A stretch of 64,000 bases of DNA from Nanobdellota archaeon. Its GTDB lineage: Archaea; Nanobdellota; Nanobdellia; Pacearchaeales; GW2011-AR1. Made by a program: the position numbers and the translations under genes. The stretch spans positions 58,547 to 122,546 of the forward strand of contig JBBTAC010000002.1 in assembly GCA_038044405.1 (NCBI GenBank), in the 5' to 3' direction. Below, piece by piece: positions 16,865-26,755 of the stretch; the first letter of the stretch is position 1; each line of letters opens with the position of its first letter. Under the pieces are notes generated by a model. It ran no database searches, was not told the DNA's origin, and worked only from the letters and a program-made list of their open reading frames with translations.

Positions 16865-19543
16865 ATGAAAGAGAAAAAAGGTGAAGCACATCATTTTGTA
16901 AAATGGTTCTCAGAATTAAGCAATAAAGATGTGGCAATTGGCGGAGGCAAGGGCGCCAGTTTAGCAGAGATGTATAATAATAAATTCCCTATTCCTCCTG
17001 GTTTTATAATCACTGCCCAAGCTTATCAGCACCTTCTAGAAAAAGCAAGCTTGCATGATAGAATGAATTCTCTTTTAAATAAATTAAATGTAGATAATAC
17101 TTCAGAGCTTAACAAAATTTCTAAAGAAGTAAGAGAATTAATTTCAGGAGCAAAAATGCCGGAGGATTTAGAAGAAGCAATATTAGAAGCATACGCTATT
17201 TTAGACGTGGACAAGCAAAGACTTTCAGGAGCGACTTCAAGTGCATTAGATATATTAAGAAAAAGTCATGAACCGCCATTTGTTGCAGTTCGTTCAAGTG
17301 CTACAACAGAAGATTTAGAAAGCGCAAGTTTCGCAGGCCAGCAGGAAAGTTTCCTAAATGTAAAAGGCAATCATAATTTAATACAAAAAGTAAAAGAATG
17401 TTTCGCTTCTTTATTCACAGCCCGTGCAGTTTATTATAGAACTAAAAAAGGATTTCCACACGACAAATCATATCTAGCAGTTGTCGTTCAGAAGATGATA
17501 AATTCCGATAAGTCCGGAGTTATTTTCTCCAAGAATCCAGTATCTAGCAACGATAATATTGTAATAGAAGCTGTTTTTGGATTAGGAGAAGGAATTGTTT
17601 CAGGTCAAATAAAGCCAGACCATTATGAAATTTCTTCAGATTTATCAGATTTCAAAATTTTAGAAACAAGTGTAGTTAACAAAGAAATAGCTATTGTTAG
17701 AGATTCAGCAGGAAACAACAAGACTGTAAAATTAAGAGAAGAAAAAAGCAAACAGCAAGTTTTGAGCAATTATGAAATAAAAAGATTAGCTCAATACTCC
17801 AAAGAGCTTGAAAGTCATTATGGTAAACCTCAAGATATAGAATTTGCAATAGAGATGCCTGAGATCTATATTGTTCAATCAAGACCAATTACAACAGTAT
17901 TCTCAAAAAGAGCAGATATCGATATTAAAGGAGAGCTTCTTCTTACAGGATTAGGCGCATCCCCAGGAATTGCATCAGGAGAAGTAAGAATAGTTCATAC
18001 AATGGCAGACTTAAGTAAAGTCCAGCAAGGAGATATTCTAGTTACAAAAATGACAAATCCAGATATGGTTGTCTCAATGCAGAAAGCATCTGCAATAGTT
18101 ACGGATGAAGGCGGGGTTACTTCACACGCATCTATTGTTAGCCGTGAAATGGGAATTCCAGCAGTTGTCGGAACTAATGAAGCAACTAAAAAACTCAAAG
18201 ATGGAGAAATGGTCACAGTAGATGGAAATGCCGGAAAAGTTTATTCAGGAAAAACAGAAACAAAATTATCAGAAGTAAAACCAGTAGTCAAAACAAAAAC
18301 AAAAATTAAAGTTATTGTAGATTTGCCAAATTTTGCAGAAAGAGCATCAAAGTCAGGAGTAGATGGAGTGGGATTAGTTAGACTAGAAGGCATAATAGCA
18401 GGCTCTGGAAAACATCCTTTATGGTTTGTTAAAGAAAAAAAGATGGATGATTACATCACAGTGTTAGTAGAAGGTCTTGCAAAAATAGTTGAACCATTTA
18501 AAGAAATATGGATTAGAACATCAGACATAAGAACAGACGAATTCAGAAATTTAAAAGGCGCTGTAGCAGAAGTAGAAGGCAATCCAATGCTTGGAGATCA
18601 TGGAATTAGGTTCAGTCTAAAACATCCAGAAATAATGAAAGCAGAATTAACAGCAATGAAAGAGATAGCTGAAAAATTCCCTCATAAACATATAGGAATA
18701 ATGATGCCTCAAGTTATCAATGTTCTAGAATTAAGAAAAACAAAAGAGATAGCTGAAAAAGTAGGCATGCCTAAAAATATAAAGATTGGAATTATGGTTG
18801 AAACACCAGCAGCTGTTCAAATTATTAATTCTCTTTGTGAAGAAGGAATAAAGTTTATCAGCTTCGGTTCAAACGATTTAACACAATATACTCTAGCTAT
18901 AGATAGAAATAATTCAGAAGTTCAATATCTATACAATGAAATGGATCCAGCTGTTTTAAACTCAATTGCTTATGTTATAGGAAGATGCAAAAAATATGGT
19001 GTGGAAACAAGTATTTGCGGTCAAGCAGGCAGTCGTGAAGACATGGCAAAATTCTTGATTTCTCAAGGAATTGACAGCATTTCTGTAAATGCTGACGCAG
19101 CCCATAATATCAGCCAACTAGTCGCTAAATTAGAAGCTGACATATATAAAGAAAATGAAGAATATATGAAAGAAGAAGTCGATAACAAACAAAATATTAC
19201 AATATTAGAAACAAGCACTATTTTAGAAACAAAGCAGGATATTATTGTTCCAATGCAACCAGTAATTATGGAAGCACAAAATTCAGAGTTGTCCAATAAA
19301 GATGTAGAAGATGCAGCTCTGGAAGAATTAGGAGAAGACGAGCAAGAGCAGGATTATCAGCCAGGCAGTATGGATAAAGGCAGTAATATCCCTCCTTTAA
19401 ATGACGCAATTCCAGTAGAATCAGAGCATTTGGAAGAAAATAAAAAAGAAGAAATAATAGAATTTTCAGAAAAAAAAGAAGAAACAATAGACGCTAAAGA
19501 TACAAATAAAGAAACTAGCAAGGAAAATAATCAATCTCAATAG
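16865..19543 (+). CDS. ppsA: Phosphoenolpyruvate synthase (pyruvate, water dikinase) with acidic C-terminal tail
   Basis: GGKGASLAEM, VAVRSSATTED, SFAGQQESF, GGVTSHASIVSRE phospho-His, SFGSNDLTQY, SICGQ. Confidence 0.95.
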   Translation: MKEKKGEAHHFVKWFSELSNKDVAIGGGKGASLAEMYNNKFPIPPGFIITAQAYQHLLEKASLHDRMNSLLNKLNVDNTSELNKISKEVRELISGAKMPEDLEEAILEAYAILDVDKQRLSGATSSALDILRKSHEPPFVAVRSSATTEDLESASFAGQQESFLNVKGNHNLIQKVKECFASLFTARAVYYRTKKGFPHDKSYLAVVVQKMINSDKSGVIFSKNPVSSNDNIVIEAVFGLGEGIVSGQIKPDHYEISSDLSDFKILETSVVNKEIAIVRDSAGNNKTVKLREEKSKQQVLSNYEIKRLAQYSKELESHYGKPQDIEFAIEMPEIYIVQSRPITTVFSKRADIDIKGELLLTGLGASPGIASGEVRIVHTMADLSKVQQGDILVTKMTNPDMVVSMQKASAIVTDEGGVTSHASIVSREMGIPAVVGTNEATKKLKDGEMVTVDGNAGKVYSGKTETKLSEVKPVVKTKTKIKVIVDLPNFAERASKSGVDGVGLVRLEGIIAGSGKHPLWFVKEKKMDDYITVLVEGLAKIVEPFKEIWIRTSDIRTDEFRNLKGAVAEVEGNPMLGDHGIRFSLKHPEIMKAELTAMKEIAEKFPHKHIGIMMPQVINVLELRKTKEIAEKVGMPKNIKIGIMVETPAAVQIINSLCEEGIKFISFGSNDLTQYTLAIDRNNSEVQYLYNEMDPAVLNSIAYVIGRCKKYGVETSICGQAGSREDMAKFLISQGIDSISVNADAAHNISQLVAKLEADIYKENEEYMKEEVDNKQNITILETSTILETKQDIIVPMQPVIMEAQNSELSNKDVEDAALEELGEDEQEQDYQPGSMDKGSNIPPLNDAIPVESEHLEENKKEEIIEFSEKKEETIDAKDTNKETSKENNQSQ

Positions 19544-19572
19544 ATATTGTTACTTTTTACAAGTAATAACAT

Positions 19573-19590
19573 ACCGAAAGATTTAAATAC
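19573..19590 (+). promoter_or_regulatory. BRE-TATA promoter ACCGAAAGATTTAAATAC (also at 39815-39832; variant at 31595-31611)
   Basis: Near-identical 17-18-mer at three loci; in each an in-frame ATG lies 29 nt after the first T of the TATA box (19611, 31633, 39853), suggesting leaderless mRNAs. Confidence 0.7.
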
Positions 19591-19610
19591 TCTTTTTATT
19601 TATGAAAAAT

Positions 19611-20399
19611 ATGACAAACTTAGAAGATTTCGTTAAGTACACAAAAGAAGGAGAAGAAATAGGTAAACTAGCAGAGACTAAAGAAAAAGATTCTCGAGCT
19701 GGCGAAAGAGATAAAGCAGATAAAGAGATAAGAAAAAGAGCTTATGAAACATTAAAAGACATAGGCAGTCCAGGAATAGATTTTAATACAGAAACTCCAG
19801 ATACGATATCTGAAGATTATGTCAATGTAGGAATAAATACCAGAATTGGAATGAACAGACAAGATTCTGCAAGAACATTAACAAGCAATACTGATGATAT
19901 TTTAAATTTAGTTAAACAAGAATCTTTAGAACAAATAGCCCTTGCAGAACCAATACAAAAAGCAGATATTAAAGGATATGATGAAGTTCTAAATCTATAT
20001 AATGAATACTTAGGAACAAAGCAACTAGTTGAAAAATATAAAGCTGGTCAAATTAATGATCCAAGAGAAATGCAAGAAATAAGATCAGGCGGAGTAAAGA
20101 AAGCTGAAAGAGAAATAAGGGCGAAATTAAAAAATGCAGGATATAGTAAAGATTTGCAGGATTTAGGAGCAAATATAGCAAAGATAGCAGCCCGAGATGG
20201 TCAAATTAGTAAAAATTATGTTGATGAAGGCGCAGACGATTTAATTAAAGATGCAGAAAGTAAATTCAGAGATTATGAAACAACTAAAGGCAAGAAAATT
20301 ACAGATTACGTTAAAGAAAGTATAAAGAATCTTGTAAAAGGAAATACTCAAGAGTTTGAAACAGCAAGAAGTCTTGTTTATCAAATTGCTAGAGGATAA
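19611..20399 (+). CDS. Hypothetical alpha-helical protein (start at second Met by promoter spacing)
   Basis: Long ORF, first of four coupled genes. Confidence 0.65.
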   Translation: MTNLEDFVKYTKEGEEIGKLAETKEKDSRAGERDKADKEIRKRAYETLKDIGSPGIDFNTETPDTISEDYVNVGINTRIGMNRQDSARTLTSNTDDILNLVKQESLEQIALAEPIQKADIKGYDEVLNLYNEYLGTKQLVEKYKAGQINDPREMQEIRSGGVKKAEREIRAKLKNAGYSKDLQDLGANIAKIAARDGQISKNYVDEGADDLIKDAESKFRDYETTKGKKITDYVKESIKNLVKGNTQEFETARSLVYQIARG

Positions 20400-20900
20400 A
20401 TGAAAAACGCAACAAAATTACTTGAATTAGGAATATTAGGCTCTTGTCTATATTTATCAGGGTGCGAAGACCCTATTCCACAAAGAGTAAAAATGCATCA
20501 GAGTGGCCAGATAGTTGAAGAAGATAAACATCGCACAGAAAATGATATCTCATCAAAAGTAGAGGAAGTAGAAATGGAAGTTACAGATGTCCAATTAGGA
20601 CAGATTGGTTATTACTTCGGTTCTAACGAATCGGGAGTTGCTCTAAATCACCCATTTCAATATGTTATAGGAAAAGGAAATGATAATAAAGACCACATTT
20701 TTATTTATCCAATTTCAACTCCAATTTTAAGAAAACACGTTTCTTTCAAATCAAATCCCTTATCAAGAGGAGCTATTAGTGTTAATAATTTTCTTAAGGA
20801 TTACGTAAGAATAGATGTAAGACTTACAAGTTTAAATTATGATATTCCAGCAGAAGGTGTTATCCAGATTGGAAGTCTTGCTTACAGGGAGAAAAAATGA
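20400..20900 (+). CDS. Putative lipoprotein
   Basis: Signal peptide ending in lipobox-like LSGC. Confidence 0.6.
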   Translation: MKNATKLLELGILGSCLYLSGCEDPIPQRVKMHQSGQIVEEDKHRTENDISSKVEEVEMEVTDVQLGQIGYYFGSNESGVALNHPFQYVIGKGNDNKDHIFIYPISTPILRKHVSFKSNPLSRGAISVNNFLKDYVRIDVRLTSLNYDIPAEGVIQIGSLAYREKK

Positions 20901-21208
20901 AAACACTAAAAGAAATATTAGGGGTACCGATTATAGCCTGTTTAGCAGGATATATATCAAGCGCATTAATATCTTCATATAAATCTGAACCTAAAGCAAT
21001 AGAGTTTAGAGATATGGATGAAGACGGAAAAGATGACCTAGTAATTTCAACAAAAGAAGATGAAGCAGCTTACGTTTTCTTAGAAAGAGATGGAAAATAT
21101 GTTAAATTTGATCAAGATTATTCTCCAGTAAAAGAAGAAAATAAAGAATTTACAATAATGGTTGAAGATAATATTGCTAAGCTAAGAGGCTTAAGGATGG
21201 AGCGATAA
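20897..21208 (+). CDS. Membrane-anchored protein with DxDxDG Ca-binding loop
   Basis: N-terminal TM; RDMDEDGKDDLVI. Confidence 0.6.
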   Translation: MKTLKEILGVPIIACLAGYISSALISSYKSEPKAIEFRDMDEDGKDDLVISTKEDEAAYVFLERDGKYVKFDQDYSPVKEENKEFTIMVEDNIAKLRGLRMER

Positions 21209-21495
21209 TGTCAATAGAAAGAGCCTGCGTTAATTGTGGAAGATGCCATTATTATGGAAAAAGATATATGCCTGATAATAAAGATAGCTATTCAGATGAG
21301 AGGTTATATTCTGCTAGAAATGAAGCAATGATAGCATTAGAACATGTAGCCGATAAAATACCTCTCAATAAAGATGGAATAAATCTAAATGCTTTAGCAA
21401 ATAGTGCTCTTCAAGCATGTTTATCATGTGACTATTCATCCCCAAAGATTGTAGAAGTAGTTGAAAATTTAACTAATCCTGAAAAAAAGGAATAA
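21208..21495 (+). CDS. Cys-rich hypothetical protein (putative Zn-binding)
   Basis: CVNCGRC ... CLSC. Confidence 0.55.
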   Translation: MSIERACVNCGRCHYYGKRYMPDNKDSYSDERLYSARNEAMIALEHVADKIPLNKDGINLNALANSALQACLSCDYSSPKIVEVVENLTNPEKKE

Positions 21496-21581
21496 AATCC
21501 TAATTCTAATATGTTATTAATAACATAATTTATGTTACAAATAACAGAAAAATATATAAACTAAGTTGTTTATTCTAAAAT

Positions 21582-21971
21582 ATGCCATCCATAGAAGAGC
21601 ATCAAAAAATAGTTAAAGAATTAATAGAAGATATAGAAGAAAAAATTAGATTAGGTGTAGTAGTACAAAGACAGAAAATAATAGGATTCTGCGTTTCAGA
21701 AGCATCAACAAATCTCTTTGCAATTTTTCTTCATAAAAACAAGCTCATCAATGCTGGATTTCAGGTAAATCATAATTTTTTTGCTTCAGAAAAAAGAGCT
21801 GAAAATACATTCCAATCAAATTTCAAAAATAAAGAAGAAATTCTTCAGACATTAGTAAGCATAGAAGAATTGCGTAATAGACTATGTTACGGAAGAGATA
21901 AGGAAGCCAAAGAAGTAAACGAGGCGATTGAACTTCTATTTAAATTAAAAAGATTATTGGAGGAAAATTAA
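21582..21971 (+). CDS. HEPN-like protein
   Basis: Helical; RNRLCY (RX4Y) at the HEPN motif position; adjacent to MNT gene. Confidence 0.6.
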   Translation: MPSIEEHQKIVKELIEDIEEKIRLGVVVQRQKIIGFCVSEASTNLFAIFLHKNKLINAGFQVNHNFFASEKRAENTFQSNFKNKEEILQTLVSIEELRNRLCYGRDKEAKEVNEAIELLFKLKRLLEEN

Positions 21972-21972
21972 G

Positions 21973-22581
21973 ATGCTGGAATATATTTATGACTTTTTAT
22001 CAATTTTTTTTGATAAATTAAAAAATAAAGAAAAAATTAAATTCATTATTTTATTCGGAAGTTTCGCAAGAGGAAATCCTAGAAGAGATTCAGACATAGA
22101 CATTTTTATAGGTGTGGAAGAAAAAAATAAGATTGAAATAGATAAGATTGTAAAAGAGTCTTTGAATGAATTTGAGTTAAGAGCAGAAAATACATGGAAA
22201 TTAAGAGGTATAACAAATCCTATTGTTCCAATAGTCGACAATATAGACAAAGAGCAATGGAAAGAACTTAAACGAGAAATTAAATCATATGGAATAATAT
22301 TATATGAAAAATCTATTTTAAAAGAAGGAGAAAAGAAGGAGAAAATGCTAATCTCGTACGATATCTCAAAATTAAAACAAAAAGATAAGATGAAAGTTAT
22401 TAGAGAACTTTTCGGTTATCAAATAAAAAGAGAAAATAAAGTATATAAGCAAATCGGTTTAATAGAAGAATTAAAAGCCGATAAATTATCTAATGTAATA
22501 ATATCTGATAGGGCTAGTTATAAAAAAGTAACAGATTTTTTAAGAAATAAAAAAGTTAATTATAAGATTATAAAAATATAA
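21973..22581 (+). CDS. Minimal nucleotidyltransferase fused to C-terminal Cas2/VapD-like domain
   Basis: LFGSFARGNPRRDSDIDIF; C-terminal MLISYDISKL motif. Confidence 0.75.
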   Translation: MLEYIYDFLSIFFDKLKNKEKIKFIILFGSFARGNPRRDSDIDIFIGVEEKNKIEIDKIVKESLNEFELRAENTWKLRGITNPIVPIVDNIDKEQWKELKREIKSYGIILYEKSILKEGEKKEKMLISYDISKLKQKDKMKVIRELFGYQIKRENKVYKQIGLIEELKADKLSNVIISDRASYKKVTDFLRNKKVNYKIIKI

Positions 22582-22589
22582 AAGAATAA

Positions 22590-23462
22590 TTATTTCTTAT
22601 CTGCATTTTTAGCATCTAAAATTCTATCAATTATTTTAGTCATTTCAAGCAAAAAGACTTCAGCTCGTTTTTGCCATTTATCTATTTCGTCGCCTTTAAT
22701 TTCATGAATATCTCCATGCATTATTCCTTTATGTAAAACATAAATTTCTCTTAATTCTCTGACAAATTCTATTTTCATTAAATTGTTATCGACAAAAGTA
22801 GTTTTCATCATTTGTGGAATATTCTCAGGGCTCGGAGGCAATTTGCTAGCGGTTATTAGTGCTGCTTGTGCAGCATCCATCATTGTCCAATAAACTCCTT
22901 CTATAGAGCCTAATATTGCAATTCTACTCCTAGCTAGATGTGCTGGCGCTCTTTGTAAAGCCATGTAAACTGCTTCAGGTGTCGAGCGCATCCTTCCTTG
23001 TAATAAAAGCGATTTTAATGGATTGAAAAATCCGCCAGAGTCAATTAACGCCTCACCATATCTTAGTATATTTATAACAACAGGATCGCCCTGAACTAAA
23101 TCCTGCCACCATGTAGTTAGTTTTATTGTATTAATATGCAAATCTTTCGCGTATCTTTGCACAGCAATTAATTTTCCAAGTTCTTCTCTATACCATGCAA
23201 TCAATTCGTTATCCCAATTTATCGAAGCATCATCAATAATTAAAATAACATCAATATCAGAACCAGGGCGTGATGAATTTGTAGCTTGAGAGCCAAATAA
23301 AACAGATGCCTTAATCATTCTATCAAACTTTTTATGAACTTTTTCTGCAAAATCCATTGCTATATCTTTTTCATTAATTAATTTGCTTTTTTCTAGAGGA
23401 AGTTTCTTCATAACCTTGAGTTTTTTTCTATTTCCATCTTCATCTCTCTTTTTTTCACCCAT
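22590..23462 (-). CDS. Nucleotidyltransferase + HEPN-like fusion
   Basis: LFGSQATNSSRPGSDIDVILIIDD; paralogous to the core of 12732-14519. Confidence 0.78.
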   Translation of the reverse strand: MGEKKRDEDGNRKKLKVMKKLPLEKSKLINEKDIAMDFAEKVHKKFDRMIKASVLFGSQATNSSRPGSDIDVILIIDDASINWDNELIAWYREELGKLIAVQRYAKDLHINTIKLTTWWQDLVQGDPVVINILRYGEALIDSGGFFNPLKSLLLQGRMRSTPEAVYMALQRAPAHLARSRIAILGSIEGVYWTMMDAAQAALITASKLPPSPENIPQMMKTTFVDNNLMKIEFVRELREIYVLHKGIMHGDIHEIKGDEIDKWQKRAEVFLLEMTKIIDRILDAKNADKK

Positions 23463-23485
23463 AAAAAATACAATGTTTATTACTA

Positions 23486-23610
23486 TTTAAATCTTTAACT
23501 TTCTTCAGGAAGTTAAACGAGTTAAAGATGATTAATTCTTTAAATCTTTAATTTTAGAAAAATTAAACGAGTTAAAAATATCAATTTTTTAAATCTTTAA
23601 CTTTTTCTTG
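23486..23610. repeat. Imperfect tandem repeat, 2.5 units of about 50 bp
   Basis: TTTAAATCTTTAA at 23486, 23539, 23588; TTAAACGAGTTAAA in units 1 and 2. Confidence 0.8.
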
Positions 23611-23704
23611 AGCAATTATTCAGATAGAAGGTTTTAAAAGACTAAGAATTATGATATTAATAACATAATCCCGGGTGATCCTTTAGGTTGCCCGATGAAA
23701 AATA

Positions 23705-24268
23705 ATGGAAAAAGCAGTGTTCTTTATAGATAGAGGTTATCTTTCTTTTATCTCAAAATATTTTGGTAAGGGCAAACCATTAAGAAACAAAATAGAGAAA
23801 TTTGCTAAAAATATTGCTAATACTAAGAGTTTAGAAATTGAAGAGATTTATTTTTATACAGCACCGCCATATAAAAGTCCAATACAGACTACTGAAGAGA
23901 ACAAGAGACGCGCTAATTACGACAATTTCATTAAAAAATTAAAAGAAGTATCAAACCCAAAAATAAATATAAGAGAAGGGAGAGTACAAAAAGTTGAAGG
24001 AGGATTTCAACAAAAAGGTGTAGATACATTGTTTACTATGGATTTATTTAAGATTTCACAAAAGAGTAAAATTCAGAATTTAATAATATTAACTTCAGAT
24101 ACAGACTTCGTGCCAATTATTGAAGAAATAAGAAGAGATTTTCGTGTTAAAGTTATATTGGCCTATTTTACAGATAAAAAAAGAAAATCTGCTTTTTCTT
24201 TGTCAAATCACCTATGGAATATCTGTGACGACAAAATATTTATTAAAAAGGAATATTTTGAGGATTAA
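23705..24268 (+). CDS. NYN-domain (LabA/DUF88, PIN-like) ribonuclease
   Basis: FFID..Y, YFYTAPP, QKGVDTL..MD, TSDTDFVP. Confidence 0.88.
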   Translation: MEKAVFFIDRGYLSFISKYFGKGKPLRNKIEKFAKNIANTKSLEIEEIYFYTAPPYKSPIQTTEENKRRANYDNFIKKLKEVSNPKINIREGRVQKVEGGFQQKGVDTLFTMDLFKISQKSKIQNLIILTSDTDFVPIIEEIRRDFRVKVILAYFTDKKRKSAFSLSNHLWNICDDKIFIKKEYFED

Positions 24269-26113
24269 TTATTCAATCGGCGCGCCAGAAACCCTGCTTC
24301 GTCCTGCCATCTGTCCGCCCAATTCAACAGGCAAATTAGAAAACCCGCTTCCATATAGGGAATGATGAATTGGCGGATTAATAGCTCCCTGCCCTGCAGA
24401 ATACTGTCCTGTCAATCCAGCTGTCTGATTCCAATAAGGTGCTTCTCCCCCATAGACAGAAGAGCCAAAAGCACTCAATGTTTCTCTAAAAGGAGTTGTC
24501 TTAAATGGCTCAAACCAATCTCCTGTTTCAACTATTTTTTTAACTTGTTTGTTATATTGACTTATCAAGTCAAGCATTTTCTTAGTCGGTACATTACCCA
24601 TCCCCATAGGTAATTCAGTATGCTCTAAACCAAAATTATCTGATAAATGAACGTGTTTTACATATGGCGCTATTTTCTTTGTCTGTTCAACTATATCTTT
24701 TTCACCATAACCATGTCCTCTCAACATATTAATATGCCCAACGTCCCAGGTAACTCCAATTAATTTTTCAGCTCTATCCTTTGCTTCTGATTTTGACATC
24801 CCTAATTTTTCGCTAGCTTCCCTAACAAATTTCGCTCTAGCATTATCTACAATATCTCTTAAATCTTCAGCCCTTGCAAGCCCCATTCCAACAGGAGGAT
24901 TTTCAATGCTTATAATAGGCGCGCTTCCTTTATATTTTTTATAGGCGTCTAAAGCAACATTAGCAAATGTTGTAGATGCCTTATCAACAGCCCATTCTCT
25001 TAAAGGCCTTAACAATCTTGGAGCATTAATATCTTTTAAAACTTGTATGCCTTTTTGCAATTCATCAGCAAGAGCATCTATCTTCGTAGGATCTTCTATA
25101 TACTTTAATTTTGGCGCTATCTCTTCTCTAAATCGATTTAATTTTTCCAAGTCTTCCTTTGCACCGCCTCTTTGAGCCGCATCAAAAGCATTGTTATAAA
25201 TCTCCTGAAATTGCTGATATGCTCTCCTGAAATTTAAATCAGAGAAAGTTATTCCATTCATAGTATTATTTATAGTGCTAGTTTCAATGCCTTCTTGTTT
25301 AAGAACTTCCATTATTTTTTTACCCTCATCTGTTCCGAGTTTCCCATATAAATCCAATAAATTTTTACCCTCATCTGATTTTTTAATTAGTTCTAACTGC
25401 TCAATACCTCTTCTTATATTGAAGTTAATAGAATCTAATTGTTCAAGCCAATTATTTTTATTTTCTTTTTCTAAATAAGTCTTAGGATCTTTCTTCTCTT
25501 CTCCAAAAAAATGACTTATTTTAGGAGCAATATTTCCAAACTGCCCTTTATATTCATCAACAACTAAAAAACTTGAAATTTCTTCTTCACCTTTTTCATT
25601 TATTATTTTCTTTTCCGGCTCTGGCAAACCATTGCTCGAATGAAATGTAACAACTAAATTTCCCCTTGGGTCAAGCTCATGACTCCTATCAATTGCACTT
25701 ATCATTTGCTTTTCAGCCTCTATTCTATTTGATTCTGTCCATCCCTGCCCCTGAAATCCAGTTGCCTCAACCAAAGGTCCATGAAATGTCAAATCAACAC
25801 CAGTCAATTTTCTTAATCTCTCTATTTCCTTAAACTGTTGTTTAGGAATTTTGTCCATTAATCCCATCGGACCTCTTCCCCCTAAACTAACTCCAGAAAC
25901 TTCTATTGTCTTTGTTCCAGTCGATATCTTTTGAGAAACAGCCTGCAATTGATTAGCTAATCTCGGGTCAGAAGGAAATCCAAATTGTCCTGCAGGAATT
26001 CTGTAATCATTTCCTAAAAATGATTCCCCATAATTTTCATTAAGACCATAAGCCGCATTAAATCCAGAACCCAAACCATATCTTTTAGGATTAAAATCAT
26101 CAATATCAGCCAT
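24269..26113 (-). CDS. Xylose-isomerase-like/AP-endonuclease-2 TIM-barrel metalloenzyme with large helical insertion
   Basis: TFHGP, TFHSS, SIENP, TWDVGHIN, HVHLSDN, HTELPMGMG, IVETG. Confidence 0.75.
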   Translation of the reverse strand: MADIDDFNPKRYGLGSGFNAAYGLNENYGESFLGNDYRIPAGQFGFPSDPRLANQLQAVSQKISTGTKTIEVSGVSLGGRGPMGLMDKIPKQQFKEIERLRKLTGVDLTFHGPLVEATGFQGQGWTESNRIEAEKQMISAIDRSHELDPRGNLVVTFHSSNGLPEPEKKIINEKGEEEISSFLVVDEYKGQFGNIAPKISHFFGEEKKDPKTYLEKENKNNWLEQLDSINFNIRRGIEQLELIKKSDEGKNLLDLYGKLGTDEGKKIMEVLKQEGIETSTINNTMNGITFSDLNFRRAYQQFQEIYNNAFDAAQRGGAKEDLEKLNRFREEIAPKLKYIEDPTKIDALADELQKGIQVLKDINAPRLLRPLREWAVDKASTTFANVALDAYKKYKGSAPIISIENPPVGMGLARAEDLRDIVDNARAKFVREASEKLGMSKSEAKDRAEKLIGVTWDVGHINMLRGHGYGEKDIVEQTKKIAPYVKHVHLSDNFGLEHTELPMGMGNVPTKKMLDLISQYNKQVKKIVETGDWFEPFKTTPFRETLSAFGSSVYGGEAPYWNQTAGLTGQYSAGQGAINPPIHHSLYGSGFSNLPVELGGQMAGRSRVSGAPIE

Positions 26114-26198
26114 ATTATATTCTAGTCAACGATTTATTTAAATCTATCTCGTCTTAAATATAAGTTAATATTATAAATAATTAGAACTTCTTTATCTT

Positions 26199-26495
26199 AT
26201 GGATTATCTATTCGAAATAATTGATAAAAATAAGAAGCTCATCAGACTCACAAATAAGCAACATTCTCATATAATGGATCAACATCCTTATATGCATAAG
26301 TATATGGAAGAAATTAAAGAGGCATTACAAAAGCCGGACAAAATAACTTCTTATTCTATTGATGAAAATGTTCTATATTTCTATAAAGGTTACAAGCACT
26401 TAGATAAACCAAACAAATATGTACTTGTAATAGTAAAATACTTAAACGGAGAAGGATATATTATCTCAGCATATTTAGAGACTAGAATAAGATGA
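26199..26495 (+). CDS. Putative RelE/PBECR-fold nuclease toxin
   Basis: HIMDQHP..., KPDKI, VIVKYLNGEGYIISAY; ATGA overlap with DUF2283-like gene. Confidence 0.6.
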   Translation: MDYLFEIIDKNKKLIRLTNKQHSHIMDQHPYMHKYMEEIKEALQKPDKITSYSIDENVLYFYKGYKHLDKPNKYVLVIVKYLNGEGYIISAYLETRIR

Positions 26496-26746
26496 AAGAA
26501 CATAAAACATATGATGTATATTATGATGAAGAAGCTGACTTCTTGGAAGTATCTTTTGAAGAACCTGCAAAATCAGGAACAACAGAAGAGATACAAGAAG
26601 GAGTTTTTGTAACTAGAGATGCAGAAAATAAAAGAGTTGCGAACGTCGGAATTTTATCATTTAAGAAAAGAGTTGAACTTCTTAAAAAGGTTTTAATTTC
26701 CTTAAACAAAAGGCTTCCAATAGAAATAAGTATTGCTTCTAATTAA
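26492..26746 (+). CDS. DUF2283-like putative antitoxin
   Basis: YYDEEADFLEVSF...GVFVTRD...GILSF. Confidence 0.72.
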   Translation: MKEHKTYDVYYDEEADFLEVSFEEPAKSGTTEEIQEGVFVTRDAENKRVANVGILSFKKRVELLKKVLISLNKRLPIEISIASN

Positions 26747-26755
26747 TCTTGATTT

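Noticed and set aside
23486..23610. Possible CRISPR mini-array near the Cas2-like fusion
   Set aside because: Only 2.5 units, the intervening sequences resemble each other, and there are no cas1 or effector genes.
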